From: Phoronis australis
Taxonomy: Eukaryota > Animalia > Phoronida
Length of the DNA: 64,000 nt
Assembly: GCA_002633005.1 (NCBI GenBank)
Contig: NMRA01000158.1
Span: 308,229 to 372,228 of the forward strand
Direction: 5' to 3'
In this document: piece after piece, positions 35,301-47,700 of the stretch
Layout of the letters: each line of letters begins with the position of its first letter
Position numbering within the stretch: position 1 is the first letter of the stretch
Translations under genes and position numbers: made by a program
The notes under the pieces: generated by a model
What the model was told of the DNA's origin: nothing
Seen by the model: only the letters and a program-made list of their open reading frames with translations
Database searches by the model: none

Positions 35301-36402
35301 ATTATTGGTCTTCATAATGAATGCTATATGGTGGCCACATCATCTGAAATGGTCTCTTTGCCAACATGGGTATCTTTCAGGCTTAAATATCAGTCACGTG
35401 ATATTGGTCATGTGATATTCGTCATGTGATATTGGTCATGTGATGTGGTCAACATATGGCATGTAAGAAGATTATATACACACTGTTACATCACAATCTG
35501 TTCTTGCCTGAGACGATGAACGTTATTATCTATTCACATCAGGTGAATAATTAGATGGGAAAATTATGAATGATTACTTCTGGACTTACTAGAAAATAAA
35601 TTTCCCGATGTTGCGGAGCTGCCCGCCACCATCTACTGGAGACTGATGAATGACAGGTTTCATCTTGCTTCTCAACATAATTTCAACCAATTATTCTCAT
35701 AAACTGTGTTCACACAACTTTCCCATAATGCACCGCTATTTCTAAACATCAGCAATCTAATTTCAGGACTAACGCTGCAGCTCCCATAGTAGAAACTTCT
35801 GAGGAGACGAAGACTAGGAGAAAGACGTTCTTCTTTACAGTGGATGATCCCCGAATTAAAGGTAGTTCTGCTTTATCGGTATTTTTTGCCTGCTAGGTGT
35901 TAGTTGGAATCTGCCGCTGCATAGTCAGTCGCTTTGACTGATAAAAGCTGTAGAATCACAATTCCTGCCGATGTCAAAAAGTTAAAGCAAATTAGTGAAC
36001 TTTTCCTAATCAAACAATGGGAGAGGTAGACTATGGGATCAGTTGTTATGTTTTTAAGTTAATGAACCACTTTTAGAAGTGAATTTCTGTCCACCAAATC
36101 TGAGTCGGGATCAAATGGAAGTCGCTTTTTCGCTTTCATTATTCTACAGAGTGCCAATATGAAAAGTCCCCTTTTATAATCAACCCGAAGATAAGCAAAA
36201 TTTGATAGATTTTTTTCACAGTTGTTTGTTGTTTTCAGAGGGCATTCAGTTCTTCCGTCGCCATGACAATATAGAGAAGATCCGCGAACTGTGGGAGGAG
36301 AGACGAGACAAGTTAGTGGAGGATTACCGTAGCAAACACAAAAAAGCCATGCGAAGGAACAGACTTGTCAACTCACTGAAGAAAAAGCCTTATCAGAGAT
36401 GA
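23193..36402 (+). CDS. NOL8: Nucleolar protein 8 (N-terminal RRM), 15 coding exons, 928 aa
   Basis: Exons 23193-23319, 23988-24041, 24447-24525, 25874-25997, 26277-26345, 26580-27788, 28187-28288, 29423-29554, 30238-30316, 30550-30718, 31104-31190 (last three duplicated at 31755-31833, 32068-32236, 33551-33637), 34339-34547, 34865-34952, 35767-35861, 36239-36402; total 2787 nt, phases consistent. NOL8 motifs: KRLFVGGL, FAYIN, NNTKWKGKTLKVQLAKENFLDRL, PGTE..NWVVDKFGK, RFRIKPQFEGKQGQRLMSLQSRF, DYRSKHKKAMR. Confidence 0.95.
23988..24041 (+). CDS. NOL8: NOL8 coding exon 2
   Basis: DLNTFAYINFNTDRLNK; ctttcag acceptor, GTGAGT donor. Confidence 0.9.
24447..24525 (+). CDS. NOL8: NOL8 coding exon 3
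   Basis: ISTFNNTKWKGKTLKVQLAKENFLDR. Confidence 0.92.
25199..25698. mobile_element. hAT-like MITE (500 bp) with a 6 bp TSD
   Basis: TIRs CAGGGCTTGGAA ... TTCCAAGCCCTG; TGTAAT on both flanks (25193-25198, 25699-25704); repeated subterminal ttccgc motifs. Confidence 0.8.
25874..25997 (+). CDS. NOL8: NOL8 coding exon 4
   Basis: LKTERLSES...FQGKPGTETGEK; ttgcag acceptor, GTATGG donor. Confidence 0.9.
26277..26345 (+). CDS. NOL8: NOL8 coding exon 5
   Basis: NWVVDKFGKAVPVVYIRRKDKHK, followed by ATATCCTTT. Confidence 0.9.
26346..26579 (+). other. U12-type (minor spliceosome) AT-AC intron, 234 nt
   Basis: 5' site ATATCCTTT; branch-like TTCCTTAGC at 26562-26570; 3' end TCAC at 26579. Removal joins KDKHK|VMKVDP in frame. 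Confidence 0.9.
26580..27788 (+). CDS. NOL8: NOL8 coding exon 6 (large, low complexity)
   Basis: Long ORF VMKVDP...GYDSADSADTDEI...SDQKRLETMKER...IKKALSSV|GTGAGT. Confidence 0.93.
28187..28288 (+). CDS. NOL8: NOL8 coding exon 7
   Basis: DSGTASNKRVVFDSSDSEEG...; ttacag acceptor, GTCAGT donor. Confidence 0.88.
29423..29554 (+). CDS. NOL8: NOL8 coding exon 8
   Basis: ...LFDSGGSSEDERSDDEGERFRIKPQFEGKQGQR. Confidence 0.92.
29542..29707. repeat. Minisatellite (54 bp unit) copying the exon 8 end and donor site
   Basis: gcaggg(t/c)cagagggtgggta at 29542, 29587 and 29641. Confidence 0.9.
30238..30316 (+). CDS. NOL8: NOL8 coding exon 9 (copy at 31755-31833)
   Basis: LMSLQSRFQNDERFKLTEQFLDSESE. Confidence 0.88.
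30550..30718 (+). CDS. NOL8: NOL8 coding exon 10 (copy at 32068-32236)
   Basis: EADPPEPSS...DLQGERLRSLDILKKVVGG...TASLR; an alternative in-frame acceptor is possible at 30582. Confidence 0.8.
31104..31190 (+). CDS. NOL8: NOL8 coding exon 11 (copy at 33551-33637)
   Basis: DISVVRFDPTNEEHQKMVIHKE. Confidence 0.85.
31195..31322. mobile_element. Second copy (one end) of the Harbinger-like MITE, inserted in a splice donor
   Basis: Reverse complement of about 7258-7382; preceded by TAA; absent from copy B at 33641; cut by N. Confidence 0.85.
34339..34547 (+). CDS. NOL8: NOL8 coding exon 12
   Basis: KKVKTPEPVKEPEPVPEVSTEKFFEVAAPLSSLFG...FSFLG. Confidence 0.88.
34865..34952 (+). CDS. NOL8: NOL8 coding exon 13
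   Basis: GPAPDQPMSWEQSFKCDSSSDEERGEDS. Confidence 0.85.
35767..35861 (+). CDS. NOL8: NOL8 coding exon 14
   Basis: ...RRKTFFFTVDDPRIK. Confidence 0.88.
36239..36402 (+). CDS. NOL8: NOL8 coding exon 15 (terminal)
   Basis: GIQFFRRHDNIEKIRELWEERRDKLVEDYRSKHKKAMRR...PYQR*. Confidence 0.92.
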
Positions 36403-36675
36403 CAATAAATACAACAATACTGAAGAAAAGGCCTTATCAGATATTACTGTACAGTAGATACAACTATACTGAAGAAAAGGCCTTATCAGATATTACAATA
36501 GATACAACTATACTGAAGAAAAGGCCTTATCAGATATTACAGTAGATACAACTATACTGAAGAAAAGGCCTTATCAGATATTACAATAGATACAACTATA
36601 CTGAAGAAAAGGCCTTATCAGATATTACAATAGATACAACTATACTGAAGAAAAAGCTTATTAGAAATGACAGAT
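36376..36675. repeat. 44 bp minisatellite starting within the last NOL8 codons and running into the 3' UTR
   Basis: ctgaagaaaa units at 36376, 36420, 36469, 36513, 36557, 36601 and 36645. Confidence 0.95.
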
Positions 36676-38617
36676 AGGATCATGACTTCCGATAATGTGA
36701 ATAGCCAATATTCAATTCGGAATTCTGATACTGTAAACATTCTCCAGTTTAGGACCAGTATTGTGGAAATTTTAAAGTATTTTGTTTTGTCTATTTTCTC
36801 GATCAAATTGAATATTTAGAGGTCTTTCCTCCATGTTCAGCAGCTAACATTTTTTTATTACTTTCTGATGGCGGTGATGCGCAAGGTAAATTAACTTACA
36901 GGAAATGTTGAGTCATTGCCTCCTTCAGTCTAAGGGCCTTGTTCACTGATTGGATATCCTGCTTAATATTGACCTAGATGTAAGATGAGGTCATGCACAG
37001 TGGAGAGTTGCAGATCTTGCTCACTATTCAAGTTAGGGCGTCTGATTCTTATGTAGAATGACGCCTTTACACTCACTGAGTACCAGCTGACCTCTCTGGC
37101 GAGGACTTTAGTGTTGATATAAGTGTGGTTAGTGTAGATCAATCTGACTTTGGAAACCCAGGCAGTGACCTTGACCCTTAGAGTGAGGGGGAAACGTGTG
37201 ATGTTTTTGTAAGGAAAATTACATGTAACTTGCTCAACATGCGACTGTCCGTGACTAATATTTGACAAAAATTTGAGAATTTGCCACGGTTTGGTTTGCA
37301 TTTGAACTATGGAAGAAGTGCAGTTTGAGAAACCACTGTATTGTTGTTCCAACTTTCTCACCAAATATAATGCACAGTGTTGCACTGGAAAATGGCTGAC
37401 TTGTTGATAATTTGTAAAATAAAATTATTCCAAAAATATTTGTTGTGCACATATTTCTCTTATTAAACTCGAGTCCAGTTGGTGTGCGAGTTCAGTTGGT
37501 GTGCGGTACAGTACTGCTATGTTCAGGCTACAAAAGTTATCAGATAAAAATAGATTTGTAGTTCTCCATTGTGACCCCTGACCCCATGCTAGATTAGCTG
37601 TCATAGTAGTCATTGGTCATGACAACTCATGGCAGGGCGGTGATTACCTGGAAATGCCCTTCACTATTTCTGTATTTCGAATTTTGCCATTTGTAAACAA
37701 AATTTTAAAATTCATCATTTATGGGTAAGCGCAATTGGTCCTCATGAGGAGCAAATTCTAAAACACCCCTTTTTATGGACCCTCCTATTTTTGTGGTTGC
37801 AGATAGTCGTTGTCCTGCCTGGTGGGGCGACCAGGTGTTCACTCAATATCTCAAAATCCCCTGAACTGATCTTTCGGAAATTTGGCTCAAGGGTGTAAGA
37901 TGTCATGGAAAGGCGATTTTTTTAATTGACTGCTTCCTCGTGGCCAGTGGGGTGAGACTAAAGCATGGAGTTCATTTGGATTACCATTTGAACCCTGTTA
38001 CTTGCGCGGCTTAAACCCCAAAGCCCTTGCGGCCGGGTTAAAAATTCATCATTGCTAACTTAACAACAGCCATGGCAACTAGAAATTACGTTGGGCAAAT
38101 TCCTGAACGGAGTGTATTTCGTCCCTAGCCTGTGAAGCTGTCAGTGTTTAATTCAACCCGAAGCATTATGGGGTTTAAAAACGTTACTCATTGCTCATCC
38201 GAATCGTCGGCAAAAAGCCGTTTTGGCTAACCCCAGTAATTTTTTGATCGGTGGTAGCTTATCCTAAAACTGGGCCACGAAAGCAGCAGCTTTTGCTGGC
38301 TGCCCTGAAATGAAAGATGAGAGCTAGTGGAGAAAAGTTTTGATCACAGTTTGTCAGTCACACGATAACAAAACTGGGATTCATTGATGAGGTCAAGTTT
38401 GTGAGATACTTTCTCCCTGACGAATCAGACGCGCGCATCTTACTAGGGTCTACGCCGGTGTAGTTGAAAACTAGGAGGTATTTGACATGAATGTTCAATG
38501 GCAAAAATAGCGATAGTCAGTTAGGCCTACGGTCCCACCGGTATTTTTGGAATTGAGAACTAGCTTGTCGCCTAATGGACAAAACTGGTTGTCTCAGTGC
38601 GGCATCCCCGGTACAGG

Positions 38618-38846
38618 AGGGCTTGGAATTTCCTAAGTAAGGGGTTTAATTCCTCTTTTTTGGTTTTGATTTCATCTTATTCGATTTCCAGTTTCCTCTT
38701 TTTGATCATTATTTTGAATTCAGGCATTTACATTTTACTATACAAAAATACTGGTATTAGCCACACAATCCTATTTATTTGTGAAACGATACTTTACGTA
38801 CCTGGAAATTTCTCCTCTTTTTTGTCATTGGTCATTTCAAGTCCTC
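38618..38846. mobile_element. Degenerate MITE related to the CAGGGCTTGGAA family (other members near 53615-53851, 61250-61468 and 62480-62702)
   Basis: agggcttggaatttcc ... ggtcatttcaagtcct, with shared internal text (ttcgatttccagtttcctcttt, ctatttatttgtg). Confidence 0.6.
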
Positions 38847-40300
38847 ACCTGTACATTACAACTAATTCTTGTCACAGGTTCACAGGTCGACTGATCGATC
38901 ACCCCCTGAGGCTCATCGGCAAAGCTTTGTACCGCGATGTCACCACGGCATACGCCAATTACCGCACGCAGAATGACGTTAATGTTAACTTGTATCGACT
39001 CAAAACTGTTGTCAACAAACCCTGTCGAAGCGTTTTGGTTGATCGTATTCTTCTGGCGTGAAAGATCACCAATTTTCACGAGTAATTAGATTTTAAAAGC
39101 CAAACACGTTAAAAAATTATAAGTTCCTGTCCTTGACATCAATTTGGGGCATGCAAGCGCTTGGGCGCTCAGTATAAAGACGCCCAGGAAAAGAGTAGGC
39201 TTAGTAAACCCAGTCTTCCTTGTTCCATCTGCGTCATTTATAAAACACCAAATTGAAGATTTAGTTATGCATTGATATTTTAATTATTGTCCTCTTGTTT
39301 AGCACTTACATGTGGTATGGAGGTCTACTTAGAGAGAATCCGGGAAAAGGGGCATTAAACTTGATTTGTCTCGTCGTATTCCATCTTCCTTACTAAATCA
39401 AACTACACTCCGCTTTTTATTCACTGAAAGTCTGCAATGTCTTGGGGTGGCTGTTTTCAAGCATATGATTCAGATAGGCCCTTACCCTCTCCGGCCATAT
39501 GCTCTCATTCTCAGGTGCCACTAGTCTGGTGGGGGGAAAACGATAACGTACTCTTGTGCTTAATCACCGTCGGGCTTTCAGAGCGTATCTTTATGGAAAA
39601 AGTTGCCTGGCCTGATTGTATAAGATGTTGCCAAGATTTCAATATAAATGTCAAGCTTGTGAATTCATTGTATTCTGAAGATTTCGTAATAAACATTAAA
39701 GAAAAAAATGCCAACTTTACCTACGCCGGCTTCATCAGTAGTAGTGGGCCGGGTCAAATACTGTCTCAAGGCTAGATAAGTAGGGTTTGTATATTTTCTG
39801 TACATAGTCCCACCTCCGGCTTTTGATTTGTTTTATTAATTTCTCATTTTATATCGGTCATTAGCACGTGTACTACTGTTTTGTTGTTAACCTGTTCCAT
39901 ACCGATGTAAAACCTGGGAGTTCATTATAGTCCTAGGTAAAACGAACATTGATCGGTATGCCTATAGGAACACACGCGACTAGTCCTTTATTGACAAATA
40001 TTAGGAACTTGTTGTTCGTAGTTTTGTGACCTCTGTTGGTGAGCTTTCAAATCACGAGAAACATTTCACACGCGTTTGTACATATTTTTCATAATCGAAG
40101 CCAACCATAAGTGTTTTGGTATTTTTTTCGTTTCACCAATTCACTAAACTTTGGTTCTTCCCATCTCGGATAGTTATTTTAATAGACATTACGATGTCTA
40201 TGGTTATTTCATTTACTCTATCCGCGACACCTAACTTCACTACTATCCTGGTACACAGAAAACATTTGTCATCCAAAATTTTCCAGACGAAAACAAAGTC

Positions 40301-40405
40301 ATGGACCCTACTTGGTTAATCGTTGGCATTGTTGTCATGGTTTTGCTGATTATTCTGACCATTGTGGGTATTGCTGTATTTTCAGGGATCTTCACATCTA
40401 TTGAG
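40301..40405 (+). CDS. TEX264: TEX264 coding exon 1 (TM anchor)
   Basis: MDPTWLIVGIVVMVLLIILTIVGIAVFSGIFTSIE|GTGAGG; upstream acceptor at 40286. Confidence 0.9.
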
Positions 40406-43400
40406 GTGAGGTGAAATTATAGTTTTAAACTTTGTGCAATCTGTCCCGTTCCGGACCAATGGCAATGAATAAAAATTAAAATAAACAAGCTTGCCTTGGC
40501 TGGCCAAGTTTGCTTTGTAATGAGACGTGATGCCGAGTGCAAGTGCAAACGAAACTGAAACTGTTGTGGAGAAAATTAGAAATTTAGTCTAAGGTGTAAA
40601 ATAACCCCAGGCTCTGTCTGACTCGTAAACTCAAACCATAGCCTAGGCTATAGCGGCTAACCTAGGCTACTACTACTGTCCTAGGGCGGGCAGTCTTATG
40701 CCCTGGAATGCCAACTTTGATCTCGCGCTGCTGAAGTTGCGGTGTTCATGTGTGTAATTTGTTTGCATTCATTACTTGGCGAAACAAATTTCGCCAAGTA
40801 TGTTGCTCTGTCGTCAATTTTTTTTTGTTCGCACTCTACAGCTGTCGCAATTTTCGTCCGATTCTCACGAAATTTGCACACAACGTGTAGATCGGAAAGT
40901 CCTGGAAGCCTATTGTTTTTGGTCATGATCGGATTCAAAATGGCGGACATGGCAGCCATTTTGTTTCCGATTTCACATTCAAATGCTCATAGAGGCCGCA
41001 TTTTTTTACGTACAGAGCTGAAACCTAGTATGATTATTACTGAACACGTGTGCTACAAGTGTGCCGAAAGACGTTGACTTCTGATTAAAGATGGCGGAAA
41101 TATTGACAATGGCGCATGCGCACCTCGATATCTGGCCGAAAACGTTTTCTCCTGTAGAGGGCGCATTAGCGAACCAATTACTTTCAAACTGGTCACGTGT
41201 TTGTTGCTATTGATCAGCTTTAATAAAATTTTGTTTAACTGGAAGTCACTTTCAAGATGGCGGCTCTGGCGCATTTTCACCCGTTTTCAACCGTTCTGGT
41301 GTCGCATTTTTAACGGGCAAAGCAAACGACGTGAATTTCTGCATGTAGATTCCTTGAAGTATGTTCTTTAAATAGTTCTGCGATAACGTTTTTCTCAGAC
41401 GTTCCGTTTTCAAATTATTTGACTTTGAATTTCAAAAAAAAAACGCAGTTTCAATTTTTTTGAAAAAAATTATGGAATGTTGTGAAACTATCAATATAGA
41501 TAGAGTTTGGAACGGACTTTGAGAAGATGTTTTCCATTTTTCGCTAGGATGTCTACTTTTTGAATTATTTGACATTTTCTGATAGCGCTGTTCCTTTGTT
41601 GAGCGCTCTTACTGCATTGATGTTGGTTTAGTTTATTTGAACAAGACTGTAGCTTTCTTACTAATTTATGACATCTAAGTTCGTCATATGACTGAATGTT
41701 ATCATGTTGATCATAATCTCCGCCTTCATCATCATGATCGTCGTCGTCGTCCTCCCCATCATACTTTTTTCGCGTAATTTCGCCAAGTGTCGCTCCTCTG
41801 AGCGCTCTCATTTTGTTCTGGTGTAGGTTATTGCTGTGGAATTTACTGTCAATAAAACTTCTTGCAATTTCGCCATTTTTCTACCACATTTCAAGTCATA
41901 TCATTGGATTAAAGGTAGGGAGGACAATGTTTTTTATTTTTTTACAATGCCCATGTGTCATACATTTTTGAAAAGCCTTTAGTGTGAGAAATGAAATGGT
42001 GCAAAAATCATAAAATTTGGGTGAGCTGTTACCAAGGAAATGGCCGTTGAAACGCGACGTTTATGCGTAAAGTATCTGCCTTTCTACATAATTTCGTTAA
42101 AAATAAAAGAATATACATGTGCTGTATATCAAAAGATTCATCTCATTGAGAGGAACATGGTGGTATGTATTATATACAATTTGGGTCGATTTCTACATAG
42201 ATATTGCTGTTTACGTGTGTTGTTAGCATATAGAACAGGAGCATCAACCCCATTGATGAAAAAAATGGATTACACAGCTTAAAAGGAAATTAAAGAGCAA
42301 AGACAACCCATCAGCTTACAAATAAATGCACCTAATCTAGGAGAAAATTTACATCATACCACAAGATAACATTGGTGGATTTGGGGAGGGGGGGCAAGAG
42401 ACCATGGCCCCCCTAAAACTCTCAGATTTCATTTGGCAGTTCGAGGATGCAAATATCTTGCGGGTAAAACCCTGCCTAACACTTTGCCCTGCCCCCCTCC
42501 TTACTAAAAATCCTGGATATGCCCCTGGGTAATACTACATGGGCAGCACATCATAGCCTGGCTGATATGGGGCTGGGGGAGGCTAAAGCCCCCCACTCTT
42601 TTCAATGCTGCGGCACCACCCATGTATTATTAGATCGTATCATGGCAAACAACATCAGAAAGTAGATAAAAGACCATTTGGGAAAACAATCCACTCTTAA
42701 CATGAAGGATTTCATCATTTACACAACAAACTCTTTGTAACAACTTCATTTTGAACGGTGAAATTGCGATGCCATTAGACTTCAATATAGCTGCTTCTGA
42801 CGCTGACATGTGGCGATTTAAAGAACTAACGACTACTGTTTGAAACGTGCCAATGCGCAGCTGTTTGACAGAATTTATGAAAATGAAATAATTATCAATT
42901 AAAAGAGTGATAAATTCTTTATCTAAAAATCGGGGGAGGGGGTGGGGGGCATATTGCGCAACTGCAAAAACATCAATCTACCGACCGATCAAAATGAGGC
43001 CTTCCATATGATCGAAAACTCCCCATAAAAACTTTGGCCTTGACTTCAAGAAAAGAACTTGAGGAGGTGCGCATGCATCTAAACTACATCCTGTCCATAT
43101 TTTATGTTTGTAATCGAGAGTTTAGTGCTCTTTAGGATTGGAGGAACAAGAGGTACTTTTTCAAAAATTGATCGCATGGCGGAAAATCGTGCACTAAAAA
43201 AAGCTTACAAAAAATGATTTATCAGCGATAATTCGTGACAGAAAGATTACAAACTTACAAATAAAGACCAAGGTAATGATTTATGACACAGTTATAGTTA
43301 ACTTTAAAGTCTGAAATCGAGTAATTTACCGATGTGGTTTTACATGGAGTCAGATATGGAGCACCGTAACCTACTTTTTGATTGTCTTCCCTATTATAAG

Positions 43401-44663
43401 CCCTTTATTAGTTCTTGGTGATGTATGATTTTTGCAGAAGCAAAAGACAAATACTTTAATTCATTAATAATTATCAGTTTGCATACCTGAAACGCTTAAA
43501 ATATTATTTGATTCTAAAAACCAATTGTGTTGCTGAAATGCGAATAATGGCAATGTATTATTGTAAATGTAAAAATGAAATTAACCAGAGACTAGGTTAT
43601 AGTAAATAGGGGGGAAATAGTTCCTATGATTGAAACTATTTCTACCCAATAAACTTTTTAGAATATGGCTCTCACACAGTTGCTGTGAAGAATTTAGTCG
43701 GCCATTCATCCCAAATTATTCATCTGAATTAATTTGACCTTATTCCAACTACCGATTCGAAATGTGCAGATAAGTTTTGTCATAAAAAATGTGCAAACAT
43801 CTATTGCCTGGCTTTGAAATGTAAAGTGGTTAGCTCGTGGTTGCGTTGTCAGACTTTCCATAGAAGTTAACAAGAGATATTGGAACACATTTTTACAAGT
43901 GCTGTAGTTACAAGCAGAAGTGGTCTCTGGAAAATAGTGCTCAATATTCAAACAAAGAGTTAATTACTTTAAACACCTCAGTGTTGCATAGTTGTCACAG
44001 TCAGCATTCGGGGATGAAAAAATGGTACAACTGAATGGACATTAAGGACTTCTGGACAAAAAGCAAACATTTGGGTTTTAGCCAAAACCCATGGGCAAAA
44101 TGTTAGCTGTATCACGCAAAAACATTCTGACAACGTTGTTGTCAAACGGGAGACGTAACACCCAAAAGTGCCTGATGGCATTTTTAATTTTTTTAGTGGA
44201 ATGGGAAATTGCGTGAAATATGAAGCGTTCATTTTTTTTCTTATTAGTAGAATGTTAAAATACGACAGTCACTATATTGCGTGGGATATAACAAGTATAT
44301 GACATGTCAATTTTGGCACATGTCAAAAAGCGGCACATTATGATGGTATGACGGAATGGCAGGAAAATTCAAAATGAGGTACAGCCCGCCAAGAGCGGGA
44401 CAATTATCAAGTACACAGTACACTGTCAGAAATACAAAGTATTGAATTGGATTCATTTACAAGATAAATTTTTCAATTTTTTAAAATTTTCTTTCAAGGG
44501 GATAGGTAAATACTACAGGTAATGTTACAAAGTCGAATTAACAAAAAACATCTTAGGCTAGGCAACAGTTAAAATTGCACAAAGTGTGAAATATTATCAA
44601 TTGAACGCAGTTGAAATCAGTAATAATGTATCCATGGATACACCCACAGACACACACCCACAC

Positions 44664-44713
<50 letters not shown>

Positions 44714-47700
44714 CCACAACGTACTTAACTTTTCGGAAGTTTGTTAGTAGGGCATAAACTTGTGGCAGCAGAACAAATACTCAGAAATGAAATGTCACTT
44801 CTTTCCGTAAAATACAGTATCATGATTTTAACACCCAAACATATCTTGTTGAGTCCTAGCATGTAGTCTGATAGGCTGTCGAAAGTAATTCTAAGAGTTA
44901 AGCTGAAAAGATATTAGAGACTAAAGTAAACTAGTCAATCAGTGATGGTGTTTAAACACTTACTCTGTTTAAATGGCTGTAGGATCATACCATAAATGTT
45001 TTAAAATGTGATAACCAGACCTTCATGAATCTGGATTTTTTCTGTTATTTACAGGTTGGAGCAGGTGCTCCCCCTATTGGTGAAGTTAAAGTGGCCTACA
45101 AATATGGCCAAGGTCCATACAGAACGGCCGGAATGCTATTCAATGAAACAGTGTCAGTTGTACCAACCTTGAGAACATTTGGTGTTTACTATGATGACCC
45201 TAATCAGGTAATGTATTAGTACTGTATTGATTGAACTCTTGTGTTGTTCTAAATATCAAAGATTTGAAATATCGGCATCAATATTTTTAGTGTGCACACA
45301 CTTTGTAGCCAAAATGTTGAGCCAAGGTGGAACCCCATCTACAAGCACTCTTCAGAAGTATTGGCAATGGGCTAGTCATTGTTACTCGGCAGATTTTTTC
45401 GGAAAATCTGTAACTCTGCCATAAAATTTTTTGTTTGTTTTTGTTTGCAGGGTACAGGTTGCATTTCACATGCTATTGGTCAGTAGCTCGAGGCCTATTT
45501 TTGGTTGAAGCACGGCCCAAGATGGCAGGTTTTTGTCCGTTTTTCAAGTTTTGGGTTAGATTTTCATGATCCTTTAAGCAATTTGTCTGAAGTTTTACAC
45601 GTAGTTAGACCTCGTCAAGAGCTACATGCAATGTGTCGTCCATTTCTTGTTACGACTTACCATTGTCTAGTTATTCAAGACTTTCTGGTGGTTGTTGTCT
45701 TGGCGACTGTTTATTCCATGCTTTCTTGTCAACTGACCCTTGTTTTATACAGCTGCTTTTGTCTGATTGACATAAAATTTATTAAAATCATTATTTTGTC
45801 AATAGCTCGAGGTTTTTCTTTTGGGTTGAAATAAGACTTGAATTGGCACTGAGGTGTCCATTTTTGTATCTTTTCTTTATGAATCTTTCTGAAACTTGGT
45901 ATGGGAATAGGTCACACTAAGGGGGTATGGGAATAGGTCACACTAAGGGGGTATGGGAATAGGTCACACTAAGGGGGTATGGGAATAGGTCACACTAAGG
46001 GCTATCTGCATTATGTTTTCTATTTCTTGCTATGACTTAACCATTTTCGAGTCATTCCAAATTTTCTGCCAATGCCCATTGTTTTGACAGATCAGTCCTT
46101 GTTATCTTGTCGGTTGACTTCAGCTGTTAGTCACAATTTGTTGGATTGTCATGAAATTTGTACACATTATGTATTTTTGCGGTAGCTCAATGCCTAGTGT
46201 TTTTGATTGAAATTCTAATCCAGGTGGGGTTGTGGCAGCCATTTTTTGATCTTTCATTTACAGAACCCTAGCTTTGGTATCCTGTAGTAGATCTCTCTGA
46301 TAGTTCGTTTGTGAATACATGGTTGGCGCAGCACTGAAAAAAGTGGGTGGGCTATAGCCCCCCCCCCAGCCCCCTATGGTGCGCGGCCCATGGAATAGAT
46401 CTCCTCAAGGAATATCTGTACCATGGTATCTGCTTTTCACTNTGACTTCAGCTGTTAGTCACAATTTGTTGGATTGTCATGAAATTTGTACACATTATGT
46501 ATTTTTGCGGTAGCTCAATGCCTATGGTGCGCGGCCCATGGAATAGATCTCCTCAAGGAATATCTGTACCATGGTATCTGCTTTTCACTATGACTTACCT
46601 TTTTTAATAATTCAACATTTGCTGATCTGCTCTTTTTATTGAGGGATTTTTCGCTTCATCTACTGCGCAAGGATTCGGTCTGTTGTAAAAAGCCTCCATA
46701 TACCCGGTTCTATACAAGACTGTGTTTCTTAACCATTTTCACCATCATCATAATCATAATCATCTGTTAATCATCATTTTTCAGTGAATTTTTCCTAGTG
46801 TCACTCTCTAGAGCACTTTCACTACCACTCTTATCATGTTTAAGTGCTATGAGCATTACATTTGTGAGTCATTCGTCTGCGGAGGTGTATTGATTTTTGC
46901 TGCTGGTTCAGTCTTATAGTACTAGTAGCCATTTGAAAACGAGCTTTTTATTTTCATCCTTTGTAAAATAATACGTTAGTTTTTTAAAGCCAAGAGTTTA
47001 GTGAAAGTGTGAACAAAAAGAAGTTTAATTTTTTAATGTAAAACTATATTAATTTGGAATCACATGCATTGGAAAGGTTTGATTCTTTGTCTCTATTTCT
47101 TCTGTTATTCGTACATTTTGGCTATGTCCTTTCTTCTGTCGTTGTCTTTGAACTTCTTATTTGAGGAATCCTGCATGGTCAGGCGTCAATGTTTAAGTAA
47201 ATCAACAAGAAACTTTGTCATTGGATATAACAAATGCTGAACCCTGTGTTTGGGGTCAAACACGAATCTATGGACACCAAGGTGCTTGAAGAACCACAAA
47301 CACTAGAAATGCATGGAAACTGAAAGTGGGGTCAACTTTTAAGAGCAGTCCTTGTGGTAGTGCATGAAATCCTCATGACTGATGACGTCAACCAAGAGAA
47401 TTTTTCCATTTACATTTAATGTTCAAAATGTGAGGTACAGTTGAGCACGAGCGATCAGCATTTCTGACATCTGGTGACACTGCAACATTTATGACTTGCC
47501 ACGCCCCAGATACAGACATTCCATAGCATTTGATCAAATAGTCAAGGGCTGTTTTTATTTTGTGCATAACGCATTTTGGTCATGATAGACCGACCCGAAT
47601 AACCTCTCCTCGTTTTTGGGTCGGTGGGATGTGTCATGTTTATACTCCCTGTAACCCCCGAGATTCTTTCACGAGCATTTCGCGTTATAGTGAATCAGCT

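Noticed and set aside
29560-35600. Intronic C/D snoRNAs in NOL8
   Set aside because: RTGATGA boxes occur, but I found no properly spaced CTGA with a terminal stem or rRNA-complementary guide; an Infernal/snoscan run would be needed.
36376-36675. CRISPR-like array (also 2741, 12044, 60679)
   Set aside because: Units are contiguous with no unique spacers, there are no cas genes, and the DNA is eukaryotic.
38597-39775. 154 aa and 112 aa ORFs between NOL8 and TEX264
   Set aside because: The first overlaps a decayed MITE; neither shows a recognisable domain or consistent splice structure.
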